Notes under the pieces: model-generated
What the model saw: the letters and a program-made list of their open reading frames with translations, nothing else
Told to the model about the DNA's origin: nothing
Database searches by the model: none
Position numbers and translations under genes: made by a program
Source: Trueperaceae bacterium
GTDB taxonomy: Bacteria; Deinococcota; Deinococci; Deinococcales; Trueperaceae
DNA: 64,000 nt
Direction: 5' to 3'
NCBI GenBank assembly: GCA_034520945.1
Contig: JAXHNB010000005.1
Span: 288,001-352,000, forward strand
In this document: positions 46,066 through 56,456 of the stretch, piece after piece
Numbering within the stretch: position 1 is the stretch's first letter
Layout: the number at the start of each line of letters is the position of its first letter

Positions 46066-46553
46066 GACGAGGGGTCCCGCAAGGACGCGGCGATACGCGC
46101 TTCGGCCGTTCGTAGGTCGGTGCCCGCGACCACGGCGAACTCGCTGGCGAGCATCGCCTTGGCGCTCTCCATCACTTCGCGTTCGGTGGCGGCCAAACCC
46201 TTCTCCAGGTCACGCTTGGCCAGCACGCCGATCAGCTTGGCCAACGCGTACGCGCTCCCTACCGACAGGATCTCCTGCTCGGCCCGGTAGCGCGGCGGCC
46301 ACTGCTGCGGCAGGTGAAGGTCGCCTGCGACCATGGCGGCCTCCAACTGTTCCAGCTCCTCGGGATCGACGGTGTGGCGGAGCCCCACCTCGCGCCCCTT
46401 CTGCAGCGGGACCAGCACCTCCATGTTTCCGCGGACGAACACGATCTTGAGGTACTCGTGGGTCTCGCCCAAGATCTCACGGGTGGCGATCTCCTCGACC
46501 ACGCCCGCGCCCTGCGAGGGGTACACGACCTGGTCCCCGACCTGGAATCTCAT
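46062..46553 (-). CDS. Second CarD family protein (divergent paralogue)
   Basis: MRFQVGDQVVYPSQGAGVVEEI..YLKI..VLVP..VGLR..LPQQWPPRYR; AGGAGG RBS and TGgTACAGT promoter. In the ORF track it is hidden at the end of a 705-aa ORF. Confidence 0.9.
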   Translation of the reverse strand: MRFQVGDQVVYPSQGAGVVEEIATREILGETHEYLKIVFVRGNMEVLVPLQKGREVGLRHTVDPEELEQLEAAMVAGDLHLPQQWPPRYRAEQEILSVGSAYALAKLIGVLAKRDLEKGLAATEREVMESAKAMLASEFAVVAGTDLRTAEARIAASLRDPSS

Positions 46554-46624
46554 TCGGCCTCCTGCGGGACTGTACCACGCGCCGTTTCTGGTCCTTTGGC
46601 GCGTCTGAGACGACACGACTCGGG

Positions 46625-48202
46625 TCAGGCGCCGAAGGTGTGAAGCCACGCCTGCAGCGTCATGAACGCCACCACGAACAGCATCACGCCCCCCGACAGG
46701 CACGCCGTCAGCAGTCGCCCGAACATGGCGTCGTGATCGCCGCGACGCCCCCACGCCCAAGCAACCAGGACGGCGGCGGCCGCGGCGGGCGCGACGACCG
46801 CCCACCCGCCCGTCAGGGCGCGCATCGTGACGGGGTCCACCTCCGCCCGCCAGGCCGCCAACGCCCCCAGCGCCCCTACCGTCGCCACCCCCACCAGCGC
46901 CCCCTCCAAGGCGGTACGCCCGGGCGACGTGGGGGGACCGCGGGCGGCCAAGGCCGCGCCGACCCACCACAGGGGCAGCAGGGCCATGCCGATCACCACG
47001 GCCGCCAGCAGGCTGATGAGCACGTGCCCACCCGCGTCGCTCCAGGGCCGCCACGGATCCCATCCCATGCGGGTGGCCACGCGTTCCACCATGCTGGGCC
47101 GGAAGCTGCCGCCGTCGCGGACCGCCCACACCTCGACGCCCCCCAGGTAGCTGCCCGCCGACCACGCTACGGTCGCCACGTGGCCGCCCCGCCCAGCTTC
47201 GATTCGTTCCGGCGCGGCGGGCAGGCGCACCACGGTGCGCGCCGCGTGCCCGTCGTGGCGTCGAATGCGTCCTTCGCGCAACCACAGCCAGCCGTCCCGA
47301 GACCGCAGCAACGGGATGCCGCGGCCCAGGGTCTCGGCGGGGCGGCCTGGGCCTGCACGGCGCACCGAGCCGTCCGGCGCCGTCCAAGCCGCCTCGACGC
47401 CCTCCCCGCCCGAGCGGGCCGGCGCCAGCACCACGCGGTCGCGGTCCCCCGCGCGGCGCGCGGGGCCGAGCTCGGTGGGGGACGCCGGCCGGGCCTCGCC
47501 GTCGTCCCAGCGGGCGTGGAGCGCCGTCCACCGACGCTCCACGCGGCCGAGCGCCACCTCCTCGCGTCCCTCCAGCCAGGCGACCCACACCGTTCCGCCG
47601 CGCGCGAGCGCATCGACGCGGCCGACCCGAAGCGGGCGCGGCGGGCTGCGCCGGACGTCGCCCGCCCAGTCGATCAGGGCCAAGCGGTGCGTACCGTCTT
47701 CGACGTGGGCGTGAATCAACCGGGGCGTCCGCGCCCCCCGGACCAGCCGTACGCGCGGGACCTGCCCGGTTCGAAGCGCGGTGCGGGTTTCGCCGCGCCA
47801 CGACCAGCGCACCTCCGTGCGTCCGGTCGTCAGGTCGCGCTGCGCCCAGGCCACCACGGGGTCCCCGCCGGCGGAGGCGGCCCATACGGCGCGCACGCCC
47901 CGTGCCCGCACCAACGGCTCCGCCGGCGCGTCGGCGGCGACGCGCCGCAGGGAAAGGCCGTCGGCGTGCTGCCAGACCGCCAGCGGCCCCTCTTGCGACG
48001 GCGCGACGGCGACCTGCACGTCGCGTTCCAGCTCTACGTCGGCCAGTTTGCGGGGTCGTTCGAACCCGCCGGCGGCGATGGGGTCGTGGCGCGTGTCCTG
48101 GGCGGCCGCCGACGCGGCCCAGGCGAGCAGGCAGGCGACGGCCAGGACGCGTCGCGATGGAAGGCGGCCGGCCAGCCAAAACGGGCGCAGGGGGCGGTGC
48201 AT
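46625..48202 (-). CDS. Hypothetical exported protein with beta-rich repeats and about 4 C-terminal TM helices
   Basis: Signal peptide ending AAAQD, recurring VAW/VW strands, hydrophobic C-terminus; genome-like codon usage. Confidence 0.7.
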   Translation of the reverse strand: MHRPLRPFWLAGRLPSRRVLAVACLLAWAASAAAQDTRHDPIAAGGFERPRKLADVELERDVQVAVAPSQEGPLAVWQHADGLSLRRVAADAPAEPLVRARGVRAVWAASAGGDPVVAWAQRDLTTGRTEVRWSWRGETRTALRTGQVPRVRLVRGARTPRLIHAHVEDGTHRLALIDWAGDVRRSPPRPLRVGRVDALARGGTVWVAWLEGREEVALGRVERRWTALHARWDDGEARPASPTELGPARRAGDRDRVVLAPARSGGEGVEAAWTAPDGSVRRAGPGRPAETLGRGIPLLRSRDGWLWLREGRIRRHDGHAARTVVRLPAAPERIEAGRGGHVATVAWSAGSYLGGVEVWAVRDGGSFRPSMVERVATRMGWDPWRPWSDAGGHVLISLLAAVVIGMALLPLWWVGAALAARGPPTSPGRTALEGALVGVATVGALGALAAWRAEVDPVTMRALTGGWAVVAPAAAAAVLVAWAWGRRGDHDAMFGRLLTACLSGGVMLFVVAFMTLQAWLHTFGA

Positions 48203-48343
48203 CGCGGCGCAGAGACTACCCCGGTGCGCGCGGGCGCACCGTGCGCCGGGCGGCGGGTCGATCGCGGGCAGGCCGGTATCGTGGGTTCATGCCCGCGGGC
48301 GCGCCGCGGTGGCCGATTCATAGCGTAGAGAAAGGAGATCCGT

Positions 48344-48766
48344 ATGCCCGTACGTAGTGCACGTGCCGTTTGGAAGGGCGACCTGAAGGGCGGCCGAGGG
48401 ACGGTTGGGCTCGGCAGCGGCATGTTCGAGGGGGCCTACTCCTTCCCGTCCCGTTTCGAGGAGGGCGACGGCACCAATCCCGAGGAGTTGATCGGGGCGG
48501 CGCATGCCGGGTGCTTCTCGATGCAGTTCGCGAACCTGTTGGCGCAGGCGGGCTTCGAGCCGGCCTCGGTCGAGACCGACGCCGAGGTGCACCTTTCGAT
48601 GGAGGGCGGTCCGCACGTCGCCAAGATCGTTTTGAACTGCCGGGCGGAGGTGCCTGGCATCGGTGATGGGCGCTTCCAGGAGATCGCCCAGGAAGCCAAG
48701 ACCGGCTGCCCGATCAGCAAGGCGCTTGCCTCCGTCCCGCTCGAACTCGACGCTCGCTTGGCCTAG
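48344..48766 (+). CDS. osmC: OsmC family peroxiredoxin
   Basis: SRFEEGDGTNPEELIGAAHAGCFSM, AKTGCPISKAL. Confidence 0.95.
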   Translation: MPVRSARAVWKGDLKGGRGTVGLGSGMFEGAYSFPSRFEEGDGTNPEELIGAAHAGCFSMQFANLLAQAGFEPASVETDAEVHLSMEGGPHVAKIVLNCRAEVPGIGDGRFQEIAQEAKTGCPISKALASVPLELDARLA

Positions 48767-50625
48767 CGTTCGGCGGCGCCCCCCACCGGCCGCTCCCCCC
48801 GGCCGAACTGCGTTTCGAACAACTGCCGGTACGGCCCGTCCGTCGTCACGAGCGCGTCGTGCCGGCCGACCTGGACGATGGTTCCGCCCACCAGCACCAC
48901 GATCCGGTCGGCCCCGACCACGGTGGACAGGCGGTGCGCGATCACCAGGCTGGTCCGTCCGCGCATCAATCGCTCCAGCGCGGCCTGCACCAACGCCTCC
49001 GATTCGCTGTCGAGGTTGCTGGTGGCCTCGTCGAGCACCAGCACGTCCGGGTCCTTGAGCAGGGCGCGCGCGATGGCGATCCGCTGGCGCTGCCCCCCCG
49101 AGAGGCGCAAGCCCCGCTCGCCGACCTTGGTGTCGTAGCCGTGGGGGAGGGCCCGCACGAAGGCGTCGGCATGGGCGGCGCGGGCCGCCTGGACGATCTC
49201 GTCCATGTCGGCGTCGGGACGGCCGTACCGGACGTTCTCGGCGACCGATCCGGAGAACAGCTGCGTTTCTTGGGGCACCAGGCCGACGGCGCGCCGCACC
49301 GCCATCGGGTCGGCGTGCCGCAGGTCCACGCCGCCCAGCTGGATCGCGCCGCGCTGCGGATCGAAGAAGCGGGGCAAGAGGCTGGCCAGCGTGCTCTTGC
49401 CCGCCCCGGAGGGGCCGACCAGGGCGACGAGTTCGCCCTCTTGCACGGTCAGGTCCACGTCCTGCAGCACCCAGTCGTCGTCTCGCTCGGCCGTGCCGGC
49501 CGGTTCGGCCGGGGGATAGCGGAACCAGACGTGCCGGGCGCGTACCTCGCCCCGCGCGCTAGGCAGGGGCGTGGGCGGATCACGCACCGGCAGGTCGGGG
49601 CGCTCGTCCAGCAGGTCGAACACCCGCCTGGACGCGCCGAGCCCCTGCTGAAGCTGGGCGTACAGGCCCGTGAACGTGGCGACGGAGCCGGCGATGAACA
49701 GGGTCAACAGCAGGAACGCGATCAGGTCGCCGGGGGCGAGGGCGCCGGCCAGCACCTGCCGCCCGCCGACCCAGAGCACCAGGGTGATGCCGGCGAACAT
49801 CGACAGAATGACGGCCGGCACGAACACGGCCCGCAGGCGCACGCGTCGGAGCGCCAGCACGAACGAGGCGTCGATGCCGGCATGGTAGCGGCGCCGCTCC
49901 TGCGCTTCCCCCGTGAACGACTTCACCACCCGGATGTTGGCGATCGCCTCTTCCGCGTCGGCGTTCGCGTCGGCGACGCGATCCTGAAACGCCGACGATA
50001 GGGCGCGCACCCGGCGCCCGAACGCCGCGCCCCCGATGATCACGGCCGGCACGACCGCCAGCATCACCAGCGTCAGGCGGGCGTCGATGACGAGAAGCGC
50101 CGCCACCCCCCCGAGCAGCGTCACCGCCTGGTTCACGAACTGCGCCAAGGCGGTGGAGACGACCTGCTGCACGGTGGCGACGTCGCTGGTGAGGCGCGAG
50201 GTGATCTCGCCGGTCTTGCGACGCTGGAAGAAGGCGGGGGAGAGCTCCAGCAGGTGCGAGAACAGGCGCTTGCGCAGGTCGGCGACGATCCCCTCGCCGA
50301 CCCGCCCCAGCGTCCACACGCGAAGGTAGTTGAACCCCGCCTGGACCACGAAGATGGCGAGAAGCGTCAGCGTGAGGCGATTCAGGCCGGCAAGCGCCCC
50401 CGGGTCGCCTTCTGCCCCAGGCGGCGCGGCGAAGGCCTCGTTGAACAGCTCGCGAGCCAGCAGCGGCAGCGCCAACTGCAGCAGGCCGGACACCGTGGTC
50501 GCGAGAAGCGCGAGCACGATCGCCGCGCGATACCCCCGCGTCAGCCCCCACACCCGCCGAAGCTGCGCGAACGTGGCGCGCGCGTCGCCACGCCCGCTGG
50601 ACCTGTCTACGCGGGGCCGGAACAC
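48763..50625 (-). CDS. ABC exporter, fused TMD and NBD (ABCB/MsbA-like)
   Basis: GPSGAGKST, LSGGQRQRIAIARA, LDEATS, IAHRLST. Confidence 0.93.
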   Translation of the reverse strand: MFRPRVDRSSGRGDARATFAQLRRVWGLTRGYRAAIVLALLATTVSGLLQLALPLLARELFNEAFAAPPGAEGDPGALAGLNRLTLTLLAIFVVQAGFNYLRVWTLGRVGEGIVADLRKRLFSHLLELSPAFFQRRKTGEITSRLTSDVATVQQVVSTALAQFVNQAVTLLGGVAALLVIDARLTLVMLAVVPAVIIGGAAFGRRVRALSSAFQDRVADANADAEEAIANIRVVKSFTGEAQERRRYHAGIDASFVLALRRVRLRAVFVPAVILSMFAGITLVLWVGGRQVLAGALAPGDLIAFLLLTLFIAGSVATFTGLYAQLQQGLGASRRVFDLLDERPDLPVRDPPTPLPSARGEVRARHVWFRYPPAEPAGTAERDDDWVLQDVDLTVQEGELVALVGPSGAGKSTLASLLPRFFDPQRGAIQLGGVDLRHADPMAVRRAVGLVPQETQLFSGSVAENVRYGRPDADMDEIVQAARAAHADAFVRALPHGYDTKVGERGLRLSGGQRQRIAIARALLKDPDVLVLDEATSNLDSESEALVQAALERLMRGRTSLVIAHRLSTVVGADRIVVLVGGTIVQVGRHDALVTTDGPYRQLFETQFGRGERPVGGAAER

Positions 50626-50707
50626 CCGCGAAGGGTACCAGGGCGCACGGTATCCTCGCGTGCGCAGCTGCGGTCCGTGGCGGGCCGCACCGGAACGGGG
50701 GTGGAAG

Positions 50708-52654
50708 GTGAGCGAAGCACCGCTGTGGACGCCGAGCGAGGACCGCGTGGCCCGTGCGGCGATGACGGCGGCCCGCCTCGATGCGCAGGAGGTCGCCGGC
50801 CGGCCGTTGCCCGACTACGACGCGTTCCACGCCTGGAGCGTCCAGGACGCGGACGCGTTCTGGTCGTTCCTGGCGGCGCGGCTCCTGCCCTGGCGCGCGC
50901 GCTGGCGCACGGTCCGCGCCGGCGGGTCGTTGCTGGACACACGTTGGTTCGAAGACGGACGCCTGAACGTCGCCGAGGCGCTGCTGTACCCGCCCGGGCG
51001 GACGGGCGACGCGCCCGCCGTGGTGGCGGTGGCGGAGGACGCCCCCACCGTGCGCCTGAGCCTGGCCGAGCTGCGGGCCCTGACGGCCCGCGTGCAGGCG
51101 GCGTTGCGCGCGTCGGGCGTCGGGCCCGGCGACACCGTGGCGTTGGTGGCGGCCAACGTGCCGGAGGCGCTCGCCGTCTTCCTGGCGTGCGCGGCGGAAG
51201 GGGCGGTGTTCACCAGTTGCAGCCCCGACTTCGGGGCGGACGCGGCCGCGGCCCGCTTCACTCAGGTGGCGCCCAAGGTGCTGTTCGGCTCGCCCGCGGC
51301 CCGCTACGGGGGGCGCCGGCACGACGTGCGGCCCACCCTGGTGGCGCTGGAGGGTGCGCTGCCGAGCCTGCGCGCACGGGTGGCCCTGCCGGTCCCGGGC
51401 GAGGGCGATGCGGCTCCCCCGCGCGGCTTCGCGTCGTTCGCGTCCTGGACCGACGTCACGGCGGGCGACGCGCCCGACTGCCGGCCGTTGCCGTTCGACC
51501 ATCCGCTGTACGTGCTGTACTCCTCGGGGACGACCGGCCCGCCCAAGGCGATCCGCCACCGGGCCGGCGGCGCGCTGCTGAGCCAACTCAAGGAGCTTCG
51601 CCTCCACGCCGACGTCCGTCCCGGCGACCGCGTGACGTACTACACCACCACCGGCTGGATGATGTGGAACTGGCTCGTGGCGGCGCTCGGCCTCGGCGCC
51701 GTCGTGACCTTGATCGACGGCTCGCCCATGTGGCCCGACCGGATGCGCTTGTGGCGGTTGGCCCGAGACGAGGACCTTTCCCTGCTCGGCACCAGCGCCC
51801 GCTACCTACACGCCTTGGACGCCGCTGGCGCGCGCCCGCGCGAGTTGGGGCCGTTCCCGGCGTTGCGGACGGTGGCGTCCACCGGGTCGCCCCTGTCGCG
51901 GGCGGGGTTCCGCTTCGTGTACCGCGAGGTCACGGACGACGTGCACCTGGCCAGCATCTCGGGCGGTACCGACATCGTGTCCTGCTTCTTGCTGGGGGTG
52001 CCGACCCTGCCCGTGTACGCCGGTCAGATCCAGCGCCCCGGCCTGGGCGTGGATCTCGCCGTGTATGGCGAGCAGGGGCGTGCGCTGGAGCGGGGCCCGG
52101 GCGAGTTGGTGTGTCGACAGCCCCTGCCGTCGATGCCGCTGGGCTTCGTCCACGACGAGGACGGCCGGCGCTACCACGAAGCCTACGGGGCGCGCTTCCC
52201 CGGCGTGTGGACGCACGGCGACCGGATCGAGCGGCGGCCCGAAGGCGGGTACGTGCATCACGGGCGCAGCGACGCCACCCTGAATCCCGGCGGGGTCCGG
52301 ATCGGCAGCGCCGAGGTCACCGGTCCCGTGCTGGCGCTTCCCGGCGTGGTGGACGCGGCGGCGGTGCCCCGTCCGCGTGGGCACGACGAGGAGATCTGGT
52401 TGCTGGTGGTGATGGCGGAGGACATCCGCTTGGACGAAGCGCAGGAGGGCGCCATCCGCCAGGCGGTGCGGGAGGGCGCCAGCCCCCGGCACGTGCCGGC
52501 ACGCGTGCTGGCCGTGCCCGATCTGCCGCGCACGCGCAACGGCAAGACGATGGAGAAGCTGCTGGCCGCCCTGGTCGCCGGCCGGGATCCGGGCCCGCTC
52601 ACGGCGGTGGGCAACCCCGAAGCGATCGACGCCGTGCGGGCGTGCCTGCCGTAG
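50708..52654 (+). CDS. Acetoacetate-CoA ligase (acetoacetyl-CoA synthetase)
   Basis: PLWTPS, SCSPDFG, YSSGTTGPPK, TTGWMMWNW, SISGGTDI, GRSDATLNPGGVRIG. Confidence 0.92.
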   Translation: MSEAPLWTPSEDRVARAAMTAARLDAQEVAGRPLPDYDAFHAWSVQDADAFWSFLAARLLPWRARWRTVRAGGSLLDTRWFEDGRLNVAEALLYPPGRTGDAPAVVAVAEDAPTVRLSLAELRALTARVQAALRASGVGPGDTVALVAANVPEALAVFLACAAEGAVFTSCSPDFGADAAAARFTQVAPKVLFGSPAARYGGRRHDVRPTLVALEGALPSLRARVALPVPGEGDAAPPRGFASFASWTDVTAGDAPDCRPLPFDHPLYVLYSSGTTGPPKAIRHRAGGALLSQLKELRLHADVRPGDRVTYYTTTGWMMWNWLVAALGLGAVVTLIDGSPMWPDRMRLWRLARDEDLSLLGTSARYLHALDAAGARPRELGPFPALRTVASTGSPLSRAGFRFVYREVTDDVHLASISGGTDIVSCFLLGVPTLPVYAGQIQRPGLGVDLAVYGEQGRALERGPGELVCRQPLPSMPLGFVHDEDGRRYHEAYGARFPGVWTHGDRIERRPEGGYVHHGRSDATLNPGGVRIGSAEVTGPVLALPGVVDAAAVPRPRGHDEEIWLLVVMAEDIRLDEAQEGAIRQAVREGASPRHVPARVLAVPDLPRTRNGKTMEKLLAALVAGRDPGPLTAVGNPEAIDAVRACLP

Positions 52655-52703
52655 GGGACCGTCCGGCTTCGGGGACCCGCCCGCCTTCGAGCCCGCCGGC
52701 CGC

Positions 52704-53765
52704 CTACGCCAGCGGCCGCCCCGCCAGCCGGCCGACCAGCTCCTGCAGGGCCAATTCCTCGAACGGAAGGCGCATCACGTGGGCCTTGGGGCGGCGCAGC
52801 CGCGCCCACCAACCGGCCGGCCGGGCCTCCAACACGACGGCGGGGACGTGCCCCCGGCCGGGCGTGGCCCGCAGGGCGCGCACCAGCTCCCAACCTTCCC
52901 CCTCGCGATCGTCCACCACGATCGCGAGGGGGCGTGCCTCGTCGAGGTGCGCCAGCGCCACCTCCCCGTCCTCGAACAGCATCGGCCGCAGCCCCACCCG
53001 CTGAAGCGTCAACCGCACCAGGCGCGCCCGGGCGTTGCTCGGCGAGACCACCAGCACCACCGGCTCGGGCACCTCGGGCGGGAGCCCCTCGATCACGCCG
53101 AGCTCCTCCAATCGCGACAGCAGCCGCAACGTCCGCTCCTCGCCCTGGTCGCCCTCGCTGGCGACCGTCCGGGCCGATCGGAACCCGTCGACGTGCGCCA
53201 GCACCTCCCATGCGCCCTCCGGCAGTTCGTGCGCCGTGGGGTCGCCCACGCGGCGGTACACGGTGGCGGGGTCGGCGATGCCGAGGTCCAACTCCTGGCG
53301 GAGGGCGTCGGCCTCCATCAACAGCGTCATCGCGTCGTACGTACGGTCGGTCGGGGCCTGCGAGGCGCTGGCGCTGCGCTCCCCGAAGGAGAACGACCCC
53401 GTGCGCCAGGACAACAGTTCCGCGATCACCTCCACCGCCTGGCGCGCCAGCGCGGCGTGCAGGTCGTCCTCGTCCAGCAGGCCGTCGGCGACCGCGCGAA
53501 GGCCCAGCGGGGTCCCGGCGTCCTCGTGCGGTTGGCGGTCGAAAATCTCCTGTACCTCGCGGGCGGTCAGCAACTCCATCCGCACCATGATCTCGCCGAG
53601 GTGCACGCCGGGACGCAGGTGCGCCACCTGCACGCGGCCCTGATCGAGGTAGATGCGCGCCCGCACGCCGTCCTGGTCCACGTCCAGCACCCCGGACTTG
53701 CCGCCACCGGTCACCAGTTGGAACACGTCCCCCAAGGGGACGTTGGAGAGACTCCCCTCGATCAC
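52704..53765 (-). CDS. DUF4388 (PATAN-like) + MshEN-like + degenerate receiver domain protein
   Basis: [45 protein letters not shown] and [17 protein letters not shown]-terminal [25 protein letters not shown]. Confidence 0.8.
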   Translation of the reverse strand: MIEGSLSNVPLGDVFQLVTGGGKSGVLDVDQDGVRARIYLDQGRVQVAHLRPGVHLGEIMVRMELLTAREVQEIFDRQPHEDAGTPLGLRAVADGLLDEDDLHAALARQAVEVIAELLSWRTGSFSFGERSASASQAPTDRTYDAMTLLMEADALRQELDLGIADPATVYRRVGDPTAHELPEGAWEVLAHVDGFRSARTVASEGDQGEERTLRLLSRLEELGVIEGLPPEVPEPVVLVVSPSNARARLVRLTLQRVGLRPMLFEDGEVALAHLDEARPLAIVVDDREGEGWELVRALRATPGRGHVPAVVLEARPAGWWARLRRPKAHVMRLPFEELALQELVGRLAGRPLA

Positions 53766-54766
53766 CGGGGTTCGAATCCTAGGGACGACAACTGCTGGGC
53801 CGCCGCGGACGCCTCGGGGACCTCCAGGCCGAGATGCCGGTAGGCCGCTTCGGTCGCGATGCGGCCCCGGGGCGTGCGCTGGATGAGGCCCTGCTGGATC
53901 AGGTAGGGCTCGTAGACCTCCTCGAGCGTCGCGCGGTCCTCGCCGATCGACGTCGCCAGCGTGTCCAGCCCGACCGGCCCTCCGGCGAAGCGTTCCGTGA
54001 GGGCCGACAGAAGAGCCCGGTCGCGGCGGTCGAGCCCCAAACCGTCGATGCCCAGCTCGTCCAGCGCGTGCCGTACGCGCGCGATCCCCACCCGGCCGTC
54101 GCCGGCCACCTCGGCGTAGTCGCGGACGCGCCGCAACAACCGCTTGGCGATGCGCATGGTGCCGCGCGCGCGGGCCCCGATCTCGTGCGCGGCGTCGTCG
54201 TCGAGGACGAGGCCTGCCGCCTCGGCGTCGCGACGCACCCCTTCGGCGAGCTCCTCGGACCGGTAGTACTCCAGGTGTTCCAGGATGCCGAAGCGGCTCC
54301 GCAACGGCCCCGTGATCAGGCCCGGGCGGGTGGTCGCGCCGATCAGGGTGAAGCGCGGCAGGTCCAGCCGCAGGGTCCGAGCGGACGGCCCCTGACCCAG
54401 GACCAGGTCGATCGCGAAGTCCTCCATCGCCGGGTAGAGGTGCTCCTCCGCCACGCGCCCCAAGCGGTGAATCTCGTCGATGAACAGCACGTCGCCCGCT
54501 TGCAGCGCGTTGGTGAGGATGGCGGCCAGGTCGCCCGGCTTCTCGATGGCGGGCCCGCTGGTCACGCGGATGCCGACGCCCAGCTCGGCGGCCACCAGGT
54601 GCGCCAACGTCGTCTTGCCCAGCCCGGGCGGGCCGTACAGGAGCACGTGGTCCAGGGCGTCCCCCCGTGCCTTGGCGGCATCCAGGTAGACGCGGAACTT
54701 CTTTTTGAGCCGGGCCTGACCGACGAAGTCGTCGAGCCGCGTCGGCCTGAGGGCGACGTCGTCCAC
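53762..54766 (-). CDS. ruvB: Holliday junction branch-migration helicase RuvB
   Basis: [36 protein letters not shown]. Confidence 0.98.
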   Translation of the reverse strand: MDDVALRPTRLDDFVGQARLKKKFRVYLDAAKARGDALDHVLLYGPPGLGKTTLAHLVAAELGVGIRVTSGPAIEKPGDLAAILTNALQAGDVLFIDEIHRLGRVAEEHLYPAMEDFAIDLVLGQGPSARTLRLDLPRFTLIGATTRPGLITGPLRSRFGILEHLEYYRSEELAEGVRRDAEAAGLVLDDDAAHEIGARARGTMRIAKRLLRRVRDYAEVAGDGRVGIARVRHALDELGIDGLGLDRRDRALLSALTERFAGGPVGLDTLATSIGEDRATLEEVYEPYLIQQGLIQRTPRGRIATEAAYRHLGLEVPEASAAAQQLSSLGFEPR

Positions 54767-54790
54767 GTGCCTCAGCCTAGCACCCGGACG

Positions 54791-56380
54791 TCACGCCCCG
54801 CGGGCGCGCGCCAGCAGCTCCTCCCCCTCGACGATGCGGGGTCGAGGCTCGAAGCGGACACGCACCTCGCCCTCGGCGGTGGCGTAGGTCACCCCGTGAG
54901 CCGCGAGGTGCTCGCGGGCGTCCGGCAGGGCCATGACGGGGCCCTTGACCTGGTCCAGGAAGCGCGCGGCCTCGTCGGGCGGCAGGTGACGAAGGTGCTG
55001 CTGCCACAGGGCCGACGTCCGGCGCGCCACCGCCAGCCACCCCTCGCCGCGCCAGCGCAGGGCGACCCACGCCGCGCTGACGGCGGTGCCTGCCACCAGC
55101 GCCCACCACACCCCTTGGACCCCCAGTCCAAGCGGGTGCGCCAGCAGCCATGCGAGGGGCACCACCGTCACCCAGCGACCCAGGATCGTGCCCACCATGC
55201 CGGGCCGCGTATCGCCGGCGCCTCGCAGGGCGCCGTTCACGACCATCGCCACGGCCAAGAGCGGGTGGGACAGCGCATTGATCCGCAGGTACGAGATGCC
55301 GGCGTCCAGCACGACGGGATGCGCCGAAGGGTCGAACGCGCGGACCAGCACCGGCGCCAACGCGGCCAAGGCCGCCGCCAGGAGGCTCATCACCGCAACG
55401 GCGAGACCGGTGGCGGCGGTTCCCTGCCGGCGCGCGTCGGCCGCGTCCCAACGCCCCACCGCGCGCCCGACCAGGCTGGTGGCGGCCACGCTGATCGCCA
55501 GGCCCGGCATGAACGCCAACGACTCCACCTGCAGGCCGACGGCCAGCGCCGCCGCGCCATGGCTGCCCGCCGCCGTCGACGTCACGATGCGCAGCACCAG
55601 GATCTGCGCGCTGTTGCGCACCAGCCCCTGGACCCCCGAGGGCACGCCCACCCGCAGCAGGGATGCGAGACGTGCCAGCTCGGGCCGCCAGCTGCCGCGG
55701 CCGAACGCCACCCGCGTCCGGCCCGACGCCAGGATCCACACGCCGGCGGCACTTCCCAGCGCCCGGGCCATCACCGTGCCGAGCGCCGCACCGACGACGC
55801 CCAGCGCAGGTACCGGCCCCAGGCCGAAGATGAGGACCAGGCTCAGCGCGACGTTGGCGACGTTGACGCCCGTCGTGATCAGCATGGGGGTCAACGTGTC
55901 GCCCGCCCCCTGCATCAGGGCGTTCACCGTCACGTTGGTCACCAGGAACACCGTGCCGGAGAAGATCAGCATCAGGTAGTCCCGCCCCAGCGCGGTGGCG
56001 CGCGGGTCGCCGCCGTGATTCAGGAAGCCCAACACCGGCCCGGCCGCCAGCAGGCCCACCGCGGTCAGCACGACCGCCACCGCCAGCGCCAGCAGCATCG
56101 ACTGGCGGGCGACGGTCTGCAGTTCGGAGGTGTCACCTGCACCGCGGGCCTGCGCCGCCAACGCCATCGAGCCGGTGGTCACCGCCAGGATCACCACCAG
56201 GATCAACATCCTCACGGCGCTGCCCATGCCGACCGCCGCGATCTCGATCGGGCCCAGCCGCCCCACCATCGCGAGGTCCGCGACGTTGACGAGCGACTGC
56301 AACAGGTTGGTAATGATGACCGGCCACGCCAGCAGGCCGACGCGTGAGGCGAGATGGAGCACGTGCGCGCGCGGCAGCAT
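54791..56380 (-). CDS. MATE family efflux transporter with C-terminal extension
   Basis: ADLAMVGRLG, GAGDTLTPM, LIFG..PALGVVGAALGT, LRGAGDTR. Confidence 0.9.
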   Translation of the reverse strand: MLPRAHVLHLASRVGLLAWPVIITNLLQSLVNVADLAMVGRLGPIEIAAVGMGSAVRMLILVVILAVTTGSMALAAQARGAGDTSELQTVARQSMLLALAVAVVLTAVGLLAAGPVLGFLNHGGDPRATALGRDYLMLIFSGTVFLVTNVTVNALMQGAGDTLTPMLITTGVNVANVALSLVLIFGLGPVPALGVVGAALGTVMARALGSAAGVWILASGRTRVAFGRGSWRPELARLASLLRVGVPSGVQGLVRNSAQILVLRIVTSTAAGSHGAAALAVGLQVESLAFMPGLAISVAATSLVGRAVGRWDAADARRQGTAATGLAVAVMSLLAAALAALAPVLVRAFDPSAHPVVLDAGISYLRINALSHPLLAVAMVVNGALRGAGDTRPGMVGTILGRWVTVVPLAWLLAHPLGLGVQGVWWALVAGTAVSAAWVALRWRGEGWLAVARRTSALWQQHLRHLPPDEAARFLDQVKGPVMALPDAREHLAAHGVTYATAEGEVRVRFEPRPRIVEGEELLARARGA

Positions 56381-56456
56381 CGAAGGAGCCTACCCACGCG
56401 GCCGCCGCGTCGTGGCGTGGCCGTGCAGCGCGCAGCGCCGCCAGGTAGGCTGCCGC

